A stretch of 64,000 bases of DNA from Lama glama (Eukaryota): positions 28,150,001 through 28,214,000 of the forward strand of contig CM052817.1 in the NCBI GenBank assembly GCA_028534125.1, given 5' to 3'. The notes below the pieces were generated by a model that worked only from the letters and a program-made list of their open reading frames with translations, was not told where the DNA came from and did not search any database. The position numbers were made by a program, and so were the translations under genes. Every line of letters begins with the position of its first letter. The first letter of the stretch is position 1. Positions 63,877-64,000 of the stretch are shown in pieces.

Positions 63877-64000
63877 TGTGTTTCAGTTACCAAATTCCTT
63901 GTAAGTCATCCTCATATTTACTGATTTAAAAGGACACTTTATTATTTCTCACAGTTTCATGGGTTGATGGCACTCAGCTGGGTTCCATGTGACATCGGCT
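63877..64000 (-). mobile_element. MLT1-type MaLR LTR, truncated by window edge
   Basis: tgatttaaaaggacactttattatttctcacagtttcatgggttgatggcactcagctggg. Confidence 0.6.

Larger units (their letters stand above)
47867..64000 (+). other. GRXCR1: GRXCR1 intron 2 (5' part, continues past window)
   Basis: GTGAGT donor at 47867; no recognisable exon 3 (GAEKILSMNESGEL-like) or Cys-rich exon 4 in the remaining sequence. Confidence 0.85.

Overview
Mammalian genomic DNA, almost certainly camelid (a tRNA-Ala-derived vic-1-type SINE and camelid/artiodactyl-type L1 3' ends are present). The window holds the 5' half of the hair-cell stereocilia/deafness gene GRXCR1 (DFNB25) on the + strand: coding exon 1 (ATG 2964 to donor 3347, 128 codons), a ~44 kb intron 1 containing a 500-N assembly gap, coding exon 2 (47624-47866, 81 codons, glutaredoxin-like fold) and the first ~16 kb of intron 2. 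Exons 3-4 are not seen. The rest is non-coding sequence dense with transposon relics (L1, L2, L3/CR1, MIR, MaLR, ERVL, ERV1 LTRs, DNA-transposon MITEs). Repeat family names come from my recall of consensus sequences, not from a search, and old-repeat boundaries are approximate. I find no evidence of a new protein-coding system. The items most worth following up are: a MER41-like LTR with an altered STAT motif; three AUGs immediately upstream of the start codon; a latent splice donor at the position of a human deafness mutation; an inverted L1 with an apparent 3' transduction; loss of poly(A) signals in sense-oriented LTRs; and candidate POU4F/RFX/CTCF sites.
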